From assembly GCA_034668705.1 (NCBI GenBank), contig JAXDOV010000220.1, positions 478 through 64,477 on the forward strand: a stretch of DNA of 64,000 bases. Reading direction: 5' to 3'. Numbering within the stretch: the stretch's first letter is position 1; every line of letters begins with the position of its first letter. Of this stretch, positions 12,297 through 20,749 are shown one piece after another. The stretch comes from Sphingomonadales bacterium (lineage in GTDB: Bacteria; Pseudomonadota; Alphaproteobacteria; Sphingomonadales; Sphingomonadaceae). Below the pieces are notes generated by a model that made no database searches, was not told where the DNA came from, and saw only the letters and a program-made list of their open reading frames with translations. The position numbers were made by a program, and so were the translations under genes.

Positions 12297-13331
12297 TCAG
12301 GCGGCCAGGATCATGGGCTCGATGCCGGCAAGCAACGTCCGCCGGGGCGGTGATGCGATCTGCCGCGGCGGAAAGTCCCCGGCGGTGCGGGCGATGGCGG
12401 CGATATGCTCCGGCGTGGTGCCGCAGCAGCCGCCGACGATGTTGACGATCCCCTGCTCGCACCATTGCCGGACCTGGGCGGCGGTGGTCTCCGGCCCCTC
12501 GTCATAGGCGCCGAGATCGTTGGGCAGGCCGGCATTGGGATAGGCCATGATCAACGTGTCGGCGATCGCCGACAGAGCGGCGACATGGGCGCGAAGCTGG
12601 GCCGCGCCGAACGAGCAGTTGAGGCCGACCGAGAGCGGCCGCGCGTGCCGGATCGAGGCCCAGAAGGCCTCGATCGAATGGCCGGAGAGGTTGCGCCCGG
12701 ACAGATCGGTGATGGTCATCGACAGCATGATCGGCAGCGCCGGATCGACGCGGCGGGCGGCGTGGATCGCCGCCTTGGCGTTCAACGTGTCGAACACCGT
12801 CTCGATCAGCACGATCTCGGCGCCGCCTTCGACCAGCCCCTCGATCTGCTCGACATAGACGTCGGACAGGGTGTCGAAATCGACCTCGCGATAGCCGGGA
12901 TCGTTGACGTTGGGCGACAGCGACAGGGTCTTGTTGGTCGGGCCGAGCGCGCCGGCGACGAAGCGCTTGCGCCCGTCCTTCTGCGCTTCCCGCTCCGCCA
13001 CCTCGCAGATGATGCGGGCGGCGGCATGGTTGATCTCGCGCACCAGATGCTCGGCGCCGTAATCGGCCTGGCTGATCCGGTTGGCGTTGAAGCTGTTGGT
13101 GGCGAGGATGTCCGCGCCGGCGTCGGCGAAGCTCCGGGCGATGGCGTCGACCAGCTCCGGCCGGGTCAGGTTGAGGAGATCGTTATTGCCCTTCTGGTCG
13201 CGGGCGAGGTCGAGGCCGCCGCGATAATCGGCTTCCTGGAGGCGGCGCGCCTGGACCTGCGTGCCATAGGCGCCGTCCTTGATCAGGATGCGCTCGGCCG
13301 CCGCGGCCCTAAGCTGTTCGGCGATGTTCAT
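12297..13331 (-). CDS. Homocysteine S-methyltransferase module (N-terminal part of a split MetH)
   Basis: 344-aa ORF. Hcy-binding barrel with the zinc-ligand motif [11 protein letters not shown], directly upstream of metH. Confidence 0.9.
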   Translation of the reverse strand: MNIAEQLRAAAAERILIKDGAYGTQVQARRLQEADYRGGLDLARDQKGNNDLLNLTRPELVDAIARSFADAGADILATNSFNANRISQADYGAEHLVREINHAAARIICEVAEREAQKDGRKRFVAGALGPTNKTLSLSPNVNDPGYREVDFDTLSDVYVEQIEGLVEGGAEIVLIETVFDTLNAKAAIHAARRVDPALPIMLSMTITDLSGRNLSGHSIEAFWASIRHARPLSVGLNCSFGAAQLRAHVAALSAIADTLIMAYPNAGLPNDLGAYDEGPETTAAQVRQWCEQGIVNIVGGCCGTTPEHIAAIARTAGDFPPRQIASPPRRTLLAGIEPMILAA

Positions 13332-13332
13332 A

Positions 13333-13605
13333 GGGGTTCAAGTCCTCCATCGGAGGTGGTCGGGATCGGCCGGGGAAGGCGGCTGAGTAGGAGAGGGCCG
13401 AAGGGCGGGCCAGGAAGCCCGGTCGAGGCGCTCGACGCCCGCAGCCGCCTTCCCCGGCCGACCGCGTAGCGGCGGACTGTCTTTTGTCGCCCGGACGTCG
13501 TCGCTTCGTCGGTCACAATGGGGTCTCCATTGCTCCCTCCTCGCTCCTCGCCGGACAACAAAATCCAGTCCGTCACGACCGCCCCCGATGGAGGACTTGA
13601 ACCCC
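13333..13605 (-). promoter_or_regulatory. Highly structured intercistronic element (outer helix plus two long hairpins) between metF and the homocysteine-module gene
   Basis: Perfect 21-nt inverted repeat 13333-13353 / 13585-13605. Perfect 20-bp hairpin 13366-13385 / 13442-13461. 22-nt-arm hairpin 13473-13494 / 13551-13572 (18 WC, 2 G-U, 2 mismatches). See findings. Confidence 0.6.
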
Positions 13606-14535
13606 ATCTTCCCTGGGCCTGAGGCCGAGCAGGTGGCAGATCGCATAAGCCAGCTCGGCGCGGTTCAACGTGTAGAAATGGAACTGGCGGACGCCGCCGG
13701 CATAAAGCTGCCCGCAAAGCTCGGCGGCGACGGTGGCGGCGACGAGCTGGCGCGCCGACGGCAGATTGTCGAGCCCTTCGAACAGGCGGTCCATCCACGG
13801 CGGGATGGTGGCGCCGCAGCTCGCGGCGAAGCGGCGGGTCTGAGCGACGTTGGAGACGGGGAGGATGCCCGGCACCAGCTCGGCATGGATGCCGGCCGCC
13901 GCCGCCGCGTCGCGGAAGCGGAAGAAGCAGTCGGGCGAGAAGAAGAATTGGGTGATCGCCCGGTCGGCGCCGGCGTCGATCTTGCGCTTCAGATTATCGA
14001 GGTCAGCGGCCAAAGTCGGCGAGTCCGGATGGACCTCCGGATAAGCGGCGACGGAGATTTCGAACGGCGCCACCCGCTTCAGCCCGGCCACCAGCTCGGC
14101 GGCGTTGCGATAGCCGCCGGGATGCGCCTCGAACGGCTTGCCGGGCTCCGGCGCATCGCCGCGCAAGGCGACGATGTGGCGGATCCCCGCCTCCCAATAA
14201 GCGCGGGCGATGGCGTCGACCTCGTCGCGATCCGCTTCGACGCAGGTGAGATGGGCGGCGGCGTGGAGCGACGTCTCGCGCACGATCCGCGCGACGGTGG
14301 CATGGGTCCGCTCGCGGGTCGAGCCGCCGGCGCCGTAGGTGACCGAGACGAAGCGCGGCTGCAGCGGCTCCAGCGTCTTCACCGATTCCCAGAGCGTCTG
14401 CTCCATCTTCTCGGTCTTCGGCGGGAAGAATTCGAAGCTGACGCCGATATCGCCGGCGACGTCGGCGAAGAGCGGCTCGCGCCAGGCGGCGATGGCAGGG
14501 CTGGCGATTACCGGGCTGGCGATTACCGGGCTCAT
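13573..14535 (-). CDS. metF: Methylenetetrahydrofolate reductase
   Basis: 320-aa ORF with FEFFPPKT and VSVTYGAGGSTRERT motifs. Start overlaps the sahR stop as ATGA. Confidence 0.92.
   Translation of the reverse strand: MSPVIASPVIASPAIAAWREPLFADVAGDIGVSFEFFPPKTEKMEQTLWESVKTLEPLQPRFVSVTYGAGGSTRERTHATVARIVRETSLHAAAHLTCVEADRDEVDAIARAYWEAGIRHIVALRGDAPEPGKPFEAHPGGYRNAAELVAGLKRVAPFEISVAAYPEVHPDSPTLAADLDNLKRKIDAGADRAITQFFFSPDCFFRFRDAAAAAGIHAELVPGILPVSNVAQTRRFAASCGATIPPWMDRLFEGLDNLPSARQLVAATVAAELCGQLYAGGVRQFHFYTLNRAELAYAICHLLGLRPREDGVQVLHRGRS
14498..14527. repeat. Perfect 15-bp tandem duplication in the first codons of metF
   Basis: GGGCTGGCGATTACC x2 (14498-14512, 14513-14527), preceded by a degenerate third unit. 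Encodes M-SPVIA-SPVIA-SPAIA. Confidence 0.9.
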
Positions 14536-15497
14536 GCCGCCGCCTTCAGCTTCGTCGGCACCCGCTCGCCGGCCCAGATGGTGACGGTCAGCTCGCCGCC
14601 CTCGAGATGCTCGACGACCCTGCCCCGCAGCCCCGCCGCCTCGAGATATTTCAGCATCGCCTCGTCGGCGAAGCCGAGCCGGACATGGGCGTCGCGGTCG
14701 CGCAATTCCTCGCGCTCATGGGGCGCGAAATCGACGATCAGCAGCCGGCCGCCGGGGCCGAGCAGCCGCGCCGCTTCCTCGACCGCCGCCGCCGGCTGCT
14801 GCGCATAATGGAGCACCTGGTGGATGATCACCGTATCGGCCGAGCCGGAGCCGAGCGGCAGCGCGTACATGTCGCCCTGGCGAAGCTCCGCGGCCTGCAG
14901 CCCGGCCTCGGCGAGCTTGACCCGCGCCAGCCGCAGCATCTCCGGCGAGCGGTCGACGCCGAGGGCATGGGCGGCGGCGCCGCCGAACAGCTCGATCATC
15001 CGGCCGGTGCCGGTGCCGATGTCGACCAGCCGCCCCACCGACCGGTCGGCAAGGGCGCGGCCGACCGCCGCTTCGACCTCGCTCTCGGCGATGTGCAGCG
15101 ATCGGATCTCGTCCCAGTCTTTGGCGCGGGCGGCGAAATAGCGTTCGGCCGCGGCGGCGCGGTCGGCGCGGACCGCGGCGAGCCGGGCGGCGTCGGCGGC
15201 GGTGCGGGAATCCCGCCCTTCCCGCTCCGCCCAGGCGTCGAGCATCGCGACCAGCGGCGCCACCATCACGCCGTCGCCGAGGCTGAGGAACACCCAGCTG
15301 CCCTCCTTGCGCCGCTCCGCAAGACCGGCGTCGATCAGGATCTTGACGTGGCGGGAGACGCGCGGCTGGCTCTGGCCCAGCACCTGCGCCAGCTCGCCGA
15401 CCGACAGCTCCATCGCCCGCAGCAAGGCGAGGATCCGCAGCCGGGTGGGATCGGCGAGCGCGCGGAAGACGTCGGCGAGGGGCATGGCGCTGGACAT
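14532..15497 (-). CDS. sahR: ArsR-type wHTH fused to a SAM-methyltransferase-like domain (SahR-type regulator of the methyl cycle)
   Basis: ORF 14532..16340 trimmed to MSSAMPLADVFRALADPTRLRIL (ArsR HTH). Also carries VDIGTGTGR (SAM/SAH-binding motif I). First gene of the metF-metH operon. Confidence 0.75.
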   Translation of the reverse strand: MSSAMPLADVFRALADPTRLRILALLRAMELSVGELAQVLGQSQPRVSRHVKILIDAGLAERRKEGSWVFLSLGDGVMVAPLVAMLDAWAEREGRDSRTAADAARLAAVRADRAAAAERYFAARAKDWDEIRSLHIAESEVEAAVGRALADRSVGRLVDIGTGTGRMIELFGGAAAHALGVDRSPEMLRLARVKLAEAGLQAAELRQGDMYALPLGSGSADTVIIHQVLHYAQQPAAAVEEAARLLGPGGRLLIVDFAPHEREELRDRDAHVRLGFADEAMLKYLEAAGLRGRVVEHLEGGELTVTIWAGERVPTKLKAAA

Positions 15498-15508
15498 GAG
15501 GGATAAGG

Positions 15509-15528
15509 ATATAAAGATATCTTTATAT
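15509..15528. promoter_or_regulatory. Perfect 20-bp AT-rich palindrome, candidate SahR operator
   Basis: ATATAAAGATATCTTTATAT is its own reverse complement. It lies 12 nt upstream of the sahR ATG in otherwise GC-rich DNA, and also faces the divergent lipoprotein gene. Confidence 0.65.
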
Positions 15529-15692
15529 GCGTCAACGCTCGCTGGGTTCCGCCGGCATTTCGCCGCATTTACAACTGAATGAGTAGACTTGGCCCTGCGG
15601 CTCCGATACACCGCGCCCGCTGGATCGCCGGGAGGGAGCTCCCGGCACCTCGCCCAGCATCTTGGATCCGCTCCCAACAGGAGGACATTGTC

Positions 15693-15986
15693 ATGAAGAA
15701 GATCGCTCTCACCCTGGCCGCCGTCGCGGCCTTCGGCATCGCCGGCTGCACGCCCAAGGCCGACACGACCAATAACAGCGTCGACGTCAACGCCACCGCC
15801 AACGAAGCGGCCTTCGACGTCAACGCCTCCGCCAACGAGGCCGATGCCGGCAATGCCGTCACCCCCACCGAGAATGCGGGCAGCGCGGTCGGCAACGCCG
15901 CCGGCGCCGCCGTCGGCGCGACCGGCAATGCCGTCGAATCGGGCGCCGGCGCGGTCGCCAATGCGGCGCATAACGCCACCCACTGA
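15693..15986 (+). CDS. Small Ala/Asn-rich lipoprotein
   Basis: ORF 15579..15986 trimmed to MKKIALTLAAVAAFGIAGC (lipobox), with RBS AGGAGGA upstream. Confidence 0.7.
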   Translation: MKKIALTLAAVAAFGIAGCTPKADTTNNSVDVNATANEAAFDVNASANEADAGNAVTPTENAGSAVGNAAGAAVGATGNAVESGAGAVANAAHNATH

Positions 15987-16010
15987 TCGCCGATCGCGAC
16001 AGGATGAAGA

Positions 16011-16047
16011 GGGCCGTGCGCCGGTTGGCGCACGGCCCTTTTTATTT
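16011..16047 (+). terminator. Rho-independent terminator
   Basis: GGGCCGTGCGCC-GGTT-GGCGCACGGCCC (12-bp stem) followed by TTTTTATTT. Confidence 0.85.
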
Positions 16048-16095
16048 GCCCGCCGATGCGGCAAGCTCGGCGAAATCGACGAGCGGGAGACCCGG

Positions 16096-16347
16096 ATGAA
16101 CAGGATGATCGGCGCCGCGGCGCTCCTCGCGGCGCTCGCCGCCCTCTCCGCCTGCGGCGGCGCGAAGAAGGATCCGAACGCGCTGACCGAGGAGGAGAAT
16201 CGGCAGCTCGACAATGCCGCCGAGATGCTCGACGCCTCGCCCGACGGCCTCGCCGCCAATGAGGACGTCGCGCTCGGCAATGGCGACGAAAGCAGCGCCG
16301 AGGAAGGCGATGTCGAAGTGGCGGAGAACAGCGCCGGCAACCGCTGA
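16096..16347 (+). CDS. Small acidic lipoprotein
   Basis: ORF 15844..16347 trimmed to MNRMIGAAALLAALAALSAC (lipobox). Confidence 0.65.
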   Translation: MNRMIGAAALLAALAALSACGGAKKDPNALTEEENRQLDNAAEMLDASPDGLAANEDVALGNGDESSAEEGDVEVAENSAGNR

Positions 16348-16398
16348 CAGGCGATGTGACGCGTTGCCGGGGCTCGGTCGAGGCCCTAATCTCCCGTC

Positions 16399-17169
16399 AT
16401 GGATCCGGCCGAATCCCTCGACGAATTCGAAGAGCAGCCGCAGCTGCGCGAGGCGGACCGGCTGACGCTCGACCTCGACGGCTGGGAAGGGCCGCTCGAC
16501 CTGCTGCTGACGCTGGCGCGCTCGCAGAAGGTCGACCTGACCGGGATCTCGATCCTCGCCCTGGTCGAGCAATATCTCGCCTTCATCGCCGACGCGAAGA
16601 AGCTGAAGCTCGAGATCGCCGCCGACTATCTGGTGATGGCGGCCTGGCTCGCCTACCTCAAATCCTGTCTGCTGCTGCCCAGGGATCCGGAGGCCGATCC
16701 GAGCCCCGAGGAGCTGGCGATGCGGCTGCAGCTCCGGCTCCAGCGCCTGTCGGCGATGCGCGAGGCCGGGGCGCGGTTGATGGCGCGGGACCGGCTCGGC
16801 CGCGACGTCTTCGCGCGCGGCGCGCCGGAGGGGCTGAAGGTGATCCGCCAGTCGCTGTGGCAGGCCGGGCTCTACGACCTGATCGCGGCCTATGGCGCGG
16901 TGCGGGCGCGGACCGAGCCCGCCTTCCACGTCGTCGCGCGGCGGCCGGTGATGACGCTCGACGAGGCGCTGCACCGGGTCGAGCGGATGCTGGGGGCACG
17001 GCTCGAATGGACCCGGCTCGAATCCTTCCTGCCCGAGACCGAGGATGGCGAGTTCCGCAAATCGGCGCTCGCCTCCAGCTTCGTCGCCGCGCTCGAGCTG
17101 GCGCGGCTCGGCAAGGTCGAGATCGACCAGAAGGACGCCTTCGGACCGCTCTGGGTGCGCGCGGCATGA
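16399..17169 (+). CDS. scpA: Segregation and condensation protein A
   Basis: 256-aa ORF. LDGWEGPLDLLLTLARSQKVDL is typical of ScpA, and it is followed by scpB. Confidence 0.88.
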   Translation: MDPAESLDEFEEQPQLREADRLTLDLDGWEGPLDLLLTLARSQKVDLTGISILALVEQYLAFIADAKKLKLEIAADYLVMAAWLAYLKSCLLLPRDPEADPSPEELAMRLQLRLQRLSAMREAGARLMARDRLGRDVFARGAPEGLKVIRQSLWQAGLYDLIAAYGAVRARTEPAFHVVARRPVMTLDEALHRVERMLGARLEWTRLESFLPETEDGEFRKSALASSFVAALELARLGKVEIDQKDAFGPLWVRAA

Positions 17170-17753
17170 GGGAGATGTCGGACACCAACCGCGCCGTCGA
17201 GGCGGTTCTGTTCGCCGCGGCCGAGCCGATGACGCCCGAGGAGATCGCGGCGCATGTCGGCGGGGAGGGCGGCGTCGAGATGGCGCTGGGCGCGCTCGCC
17301 GCCGATTATGCCGGCCGCGGCGTCAACCTGGTCGAGCGCGGCGGCCGCTGGCATTTCCAGACCGCGGGCGACCTCGCCCATCTCCTGCGGCGCGAGCGGG
17401 AGGAGCCGCGGCGGCTCAGCCGGGCGGCGGTCGAGACGCTGGCGATCATCGCCTATCACGAGCCGGTCAGCCGCGCCGAGATCGAGGCGATCCGCGGCGT
17501 CCAGATCTCGAAGGGCACGCTCGACGTGCTGATGGAGGCGGGCTGGGTGCGTCCGGCGGGCCGGCGCGAAGCGCCCGGGCGGCCGCTCACCTACGCGACC
17601 ACCGCCGCCTTCCTCGCCCATTTCGGCCTCGACAGCCGGCGCGACCTTCCCGGCATCGACGACCTCAAGGCCGCCGGCCTGCTCGACCCGATCGACGCCG
17701 CCCTTGCGGAGCTGGGACAGTCCGAGCTGGAAAGCGAGAGCGAGGAGGACTGA
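17166..17753 (+). CDS. scpB: Segregation and condensation protein B
   Basis: Frame of ORF 16356..17753 trimmed to ATG 17166, a 4-nt overlap with scpA. AVEAVLFAAAEPM and ETLAIIAYHEPVSRAEIEAIRGV are typical of ScpB. Confidence 0.88.
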   Translation: MREMSDTNRAVEAVLFAAAEPMTPEEIAAHVGGEGGVEMALGALAADYAGRGVNLVERGGRWHFQTAGDLAHLLRREREEPRRLSRAAVETLAIIAYHEPVSRAEIEAIRGVQISKGTLDVLMEAGWVRPAGRREAPGRPLTYATTAAFLAHFGLDSRRDLPGIDDLKAAGLLDPIDAALAELGQSELESESEED

Positions 17754-17843
17754 GCCGATCGTCCCGGGTCGGAGCGGTCGCGCGTTGCGGGAAACGCATA
17801 CAGACCCTAGTTAGGGGTCCAAGCGTCATTCGGAGATTTCAAA

Positions 17844-18107
17844 ATGGGCTCGTTCAGCATCTGGCATTGGCTGATCGTGGGGATCGTGCTCCTCCTGCTG
17901 TTCGGCAAGGGCCGCTTCTCCGACATGATGGGCGACGTCGCCAAGGGCCTCAAAAGCTTCAAGAAAGGCATGGTCGAAGAGGAAGAGGAGAATCGCGCGC
18001 CGCCGGCCCGGCCGGCCGAGCCGCCGCGGCTGCGCGACGAGACGACGCTCGAAGTGCCGACCGACCGCACCCGCGATCTCGACACTCCGCCGCGGCGCGA
18101 GCCCTGA
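17844..18107 (+). CDS. tatA: Twin-arginine translocase subunit TatA
   Basis: [25 protein letters not shown] with an amphipathic helix. Confidence 0.9.
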   Translation: MGSFSIWHWLIVGIVLLLLFGKGRFSDMMGDVAKGLKSFKKGMVEEEEENRAPPARPAEPPRLRDETTLEVPTDRTRDLDTPPRREP

Positions 18108-18137
18108 GCGCTTCCGCCGCCTGAGGGGCGCGGGCCC

Positions 18138-18566
18138 ATGTTCGGCATCAATTATTCCGAGCTTCTCGTCATCGCGGCCGTGGCTCTGGTCGTGATCGGC
18201 CCGAAGGACCTGCCGCGGGTGATGCGGCAGGTCGGCCGCTGGATCGGCCGCGCCCAGGGCATGGCCCGCCACTTCCGCACCGGCATCGACACCATGATCC
18301 GCGAGGCCGAGCTCGAGGAGATGGAGAAGAAATGGCGCGAGGAGAATGAGCGGATCATGCGCGAGCATCCGCTGCTCGGCCCGGGCGCCGAAATGCTGCC
18401 GCTGACCGGGCCCGCCGCCGCATCCGCGGAGCCGGCATGGGAAGCGGCGGCGGAGATCCCGCCCGGCCCGGAGGCCGCCGCGCCTCCCGCCGCCGCCGCG
18501 CCCGATCCGGAGGCACCGGAGCTGCCGCTGGCGCCGCCGCCCGCGCCGAAGCGCGAGCTGCCATGA
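18138..18566 (+). CDS. tatB: Twin-arginine translocase subunit TatB
   Basis: MFGINYSELLVIAAVALVVIGPKDLP, positioned between tatA and tatC. Confidence 0.88.
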   Translation: MFGINYSELLVIAAVALVVIGPKDLPRVMRQVGRWIGRAQGMARHFRTGIDTMIREAELEEMEKKWREENERIMREHPLLGPGAEMLPLTGPAAASAEPAWEAAAEIPPGPEAAAPPAAAAPDPEAPELPLAPPPAPKRELP

Positions 18567-19348
18567 ACGAGATCGACGACACCAAGCAGCCTTTGCTCGA
18601 GCATCTGACCGAGCTTCGGCGCCGCCTCATCTGGTGCTTCCTGACGCTCGCCGTGGCCTTCGCGATCTGCTTCTATTTCGCCGACGCCATCTTCGCCTTC
18701 CTCGTCCAGCCGCTGGCGACGGCGTTCGGCGGCCCCGGCCATGGGCGGCTGATCTACACCAAGCTCTACGAAGCCTTTTTCGTGCAGATCAAGGTCGCCT
18801 TCTTCGCCGCCTTCTTCCTCTCCTTCCCGGTCATCGCCAACCAGCTCTGGGCCTTCGTGGCGCCCGGCCTCTACGCCAAGGAGAAGAAGGCGTTCCTGCC
18901 CTTCCTCTTCGCCACCCCCGTCCTGTTCATCGGCGGCGGCGCGCTGGCTTATTACGTGGTGATGCCGGCGGCCTTCCGTTTCCTGCTCAAATATCAGGGC
19001 GAGATCGGCGGCATCAGGCGCGAGGCGATGCCCTCCGTCGACGATTATCTCGGCCTCGTCATGCAGTTCATCATGGCGTTCGGCATCGCCTTCCTGCTGC
19101 CGATCGTGCTGATGCTGCTCGAACGCGCCGGCCTCGTCACCCGCATCCAGCTGAAGCGGGGGCGGCGCTACGCCATCCTCCTCGCCTTCGTGATCGCGGC
19201 GGTGATCACGCCGCCCGACGTGGCCTCCCAGTGCATGCTCGCCATCCCTTTGGTGCTGCTCTACGAGCTCACCCTGATCGCGATCTGGTTCACCGAGCGG
19301 CGGCGGGCGAGGAGAGTCGGGGCAAACGGGGCGGCGAGAACGGAATAG
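18563..19348 (+). CDS. tatC: Twin-arginine translocase subunit TatC
   Basis: Frame of ORF 18437..19348 trimmed to ATG 18563 (ATGA overlap with tatB). LLEHLTELRRRLIWC followed by six hydrophobic helices. Confidence 0.9.
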   Translation: MNEIDDTKQPLLEHLTELRRRLIWCFLTLAVAFAICFYFADAIFAFLVQPLATAFGGPGHGRLIYTKLYEAFFVQIKVAFFAAFFLSFPVIANQLWAFVAPGLYAKEKKAFLPFLFATPVLFIGGGALAYYVVMPAAFRFLLKYQGEIGGIRREAMPSVDDYLGLVMQFIMAFGIAFLLPIVLMLLERAGLVTRIQLKRGRRYAILLAFVIAAVITPPDVASQCMLAIPLVLLYELTLIAIWFTERRRARRVGANGAARTE

Positions 19349-19497
19349 AAGTTCGCGCGTTGCGGCAGCGGGGCACAGGTTCTAGAAGCCCCGCAGATCC
19401 CCCGGAAGCAGGTCACATGCCGCCGTTCATCGACGTGAAAGCTTTCGGCTCCCATCGGCGGCGGCGCGTGACCACCCCCGAAGCGACACCGACCCGG

Positions 19498-20742
19498 ATG
19501 AAGACGATGCGGCCGCGGACCGCGGCTTTGCTTGCCTCGACCCTGCTCATCCTCGTCGCCGGCTGCGGCGGCGGGTCCGGTTCGGCGGCCAAGGGCGGCG
19601 CCGGCGGACGCAGGGGCGCCCAGGGAACGCCGGAAGCCGGCTTCGTCGTCGTCAAACCGGGGGCGGTGCCGATCGTCGCCGAGCTCGCCGGCCGCACCTC
19701 CTCCTACGAAGCATCGGACGTCCGGCCCCAGGTCTCGGGCGTGATCCGCTCGCGCAACTTCGTCGAAGGCTCGATCGTGCGCCAGGGCCAGACCCTCTAC
19801 CAGATCGACCCGTCGCTCTATCAGGCGGCGGCGGCGCAGGCGCGGGCCAATGTCGCCAGCGCCATCGCCACTCGGGACGCGGCCCAGATCAAGGCCAATC
19901 GCTACGCGCCGCTGGCCCGGATGCAGGCGGTGAGCCAGCAGGAATATACCGACGCCAGGGCCGCCGCCCGCCTGGCGGCCGCCGTCGTCGCGCAGAACCA
20001 GGCGGCGCTGCAGACCGCCAACATCAATGTGCGCTTCACCCGCGTGCCGGCGCCGATCACCGGGCGGATCGGCCGCTCCCTGTTCACCACCGGCGCTCTG
20101 GTCACCGCCAGCCAGACCCAGCCGCTGGCCACGATCCAGCGGCTCGACCCGATGTTCGTCGACATCCAGCAGTCGAGCGGGCAGCTGCTCGCTTTGCGCA
20201 AGGCGATCGCCGGCGGCGGCGCCGTGCCGGTGCGGGCGAACGTGACCCTCGTGCTCGAGGACGGCAGCGATTACGGCTATACGGGAACGCTCGAATTCGC
20301 CGAGGTGGTGGTCGATCCGAGCACGAGCACGGTGACGCTTCGCGCCCAGTTTCCCAATCCGCAGGGCCTGCTGCTGCCGGGCATGTATGTCCGCGCGCGG
20401 CTCGTCCAGCAGACTATCGCCAACGCCTTCCTGGTGCCGCAGGCGGGCCTGACGCGCGACCCGCAGGGCCGCGCGCTCGTGATGGTGGTCGGGCCCGGCA
20501 ACAAGGCGGTGCAGCGCATCGTCACCGCCGGCGGCACGCTCGGCGCCGACTGGATCGTCACCGCCGGCCTCAATGCCGGCGACCGGGTGATCGTCGAGGG
20601 GCTCGGCAAGATCAAGCCGGGGCAGGCGGTGAAGCCGGTCCCGGCCGGATCGGCGCCGGCCCGACGCCCGGGCAGCGCGGGGGCGGGCGGCGCGGGCACG
20701 GGCGCGGGAAGCGGCGGCGGGGCCGGCGGGTCGGGCCACTGA
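19498..20742 (+). CDS. RND efflux periplasmic adaptor (AcrA/MexA family) lipoprotein
   Basis: Frame of ORF 18634..20742. Lipobox LILVAGC; DVRPQVSGVI, YQIDP and VPAPITGRIG motifs. The start (19498, 19507 or 19417) is uncertain. Gly/Ala-rich C-terminal tail. Confidence 0.85.
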   Translation: MKTMRPRTAALLASTLLILVAGCGGGSGSAAKGGAGGRRGAQGTPEAGFVVVKPGAVPIVAELAGRTSSYEASDVRPQVSGVIRSRNFVEGSIVRQGQTLYQIDPSLYQAAAAQARANVASAIATRDAAQIKANRYAPLARMQAVSQQEYTDARAAARLAAAVVAQNQAALQTANINVRFTRVPAPITGRIGRSLFTTGALVTASQTQPLATIQRLDPMFVDIQQSSGQLLALRKAIAGGGAVPVRANVTLVLEDGSDYGYTGTLEFAEVVVDPSTSTVTLRAQFPNPQGLLLPGMYVRARLVQQTIANAFLVPQAGLTRDPQGRALVMVVGPGNKAVQRIVTAGGTLGADWIVTAGLNAGDRVIVEGLGKIKPGQAVKPVPAGSAPARRPGSAGAGGAGTGAGSGGGAGGSGH

Positions 20743-20749
20743 CCGGCCG

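Noticed and set aside
13333-13353. tRNA T-arm-like sequence GGGGTTCAAGTCCTCC in the arms of the outer helix (possible tRNA fragment or att site).
   Set aside because: The T-stem would have only 4 pairs including a wobble. There is no acceptor/CCA continuation and no other tRNA parts nearby. The resemblance may be coincidental.
13332-13572. Cobalamin riboswitch, because of a CCGGGGAAGGCGG string and a GGGAG...GGAGACCCC segment reminiscent of B12-element motifs. SAM-II and SAH riboswitches were also considered because of the met context.
   Set aside because: The GGGGAAGGCGG string is simply one arm of a perfect 20-bp palindrome. I could find no B12 box (GCCACTG-type), no SAM-II AAAGCU core and no SAH AACGGCGCUC core. 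A B12-dependent metH is also not the usual target of a B12 off-switch. Only an Rfam covariance-model scan can settle this.
14532-16340. Long N-terminal extensions of track ORFs (14532..16340, 43068..45221, 45385..46362, 46960..48420, 52871..53929, 54962..56662, 55969..57645, 22327..25425, 18634..20742).
   Set aside because: The extensions overlap upstream genes in other frames and are low-complexity. Internal starts restore family-typical N-termini, signal peptides or 4-nt overlaps, so the shorter models were used.
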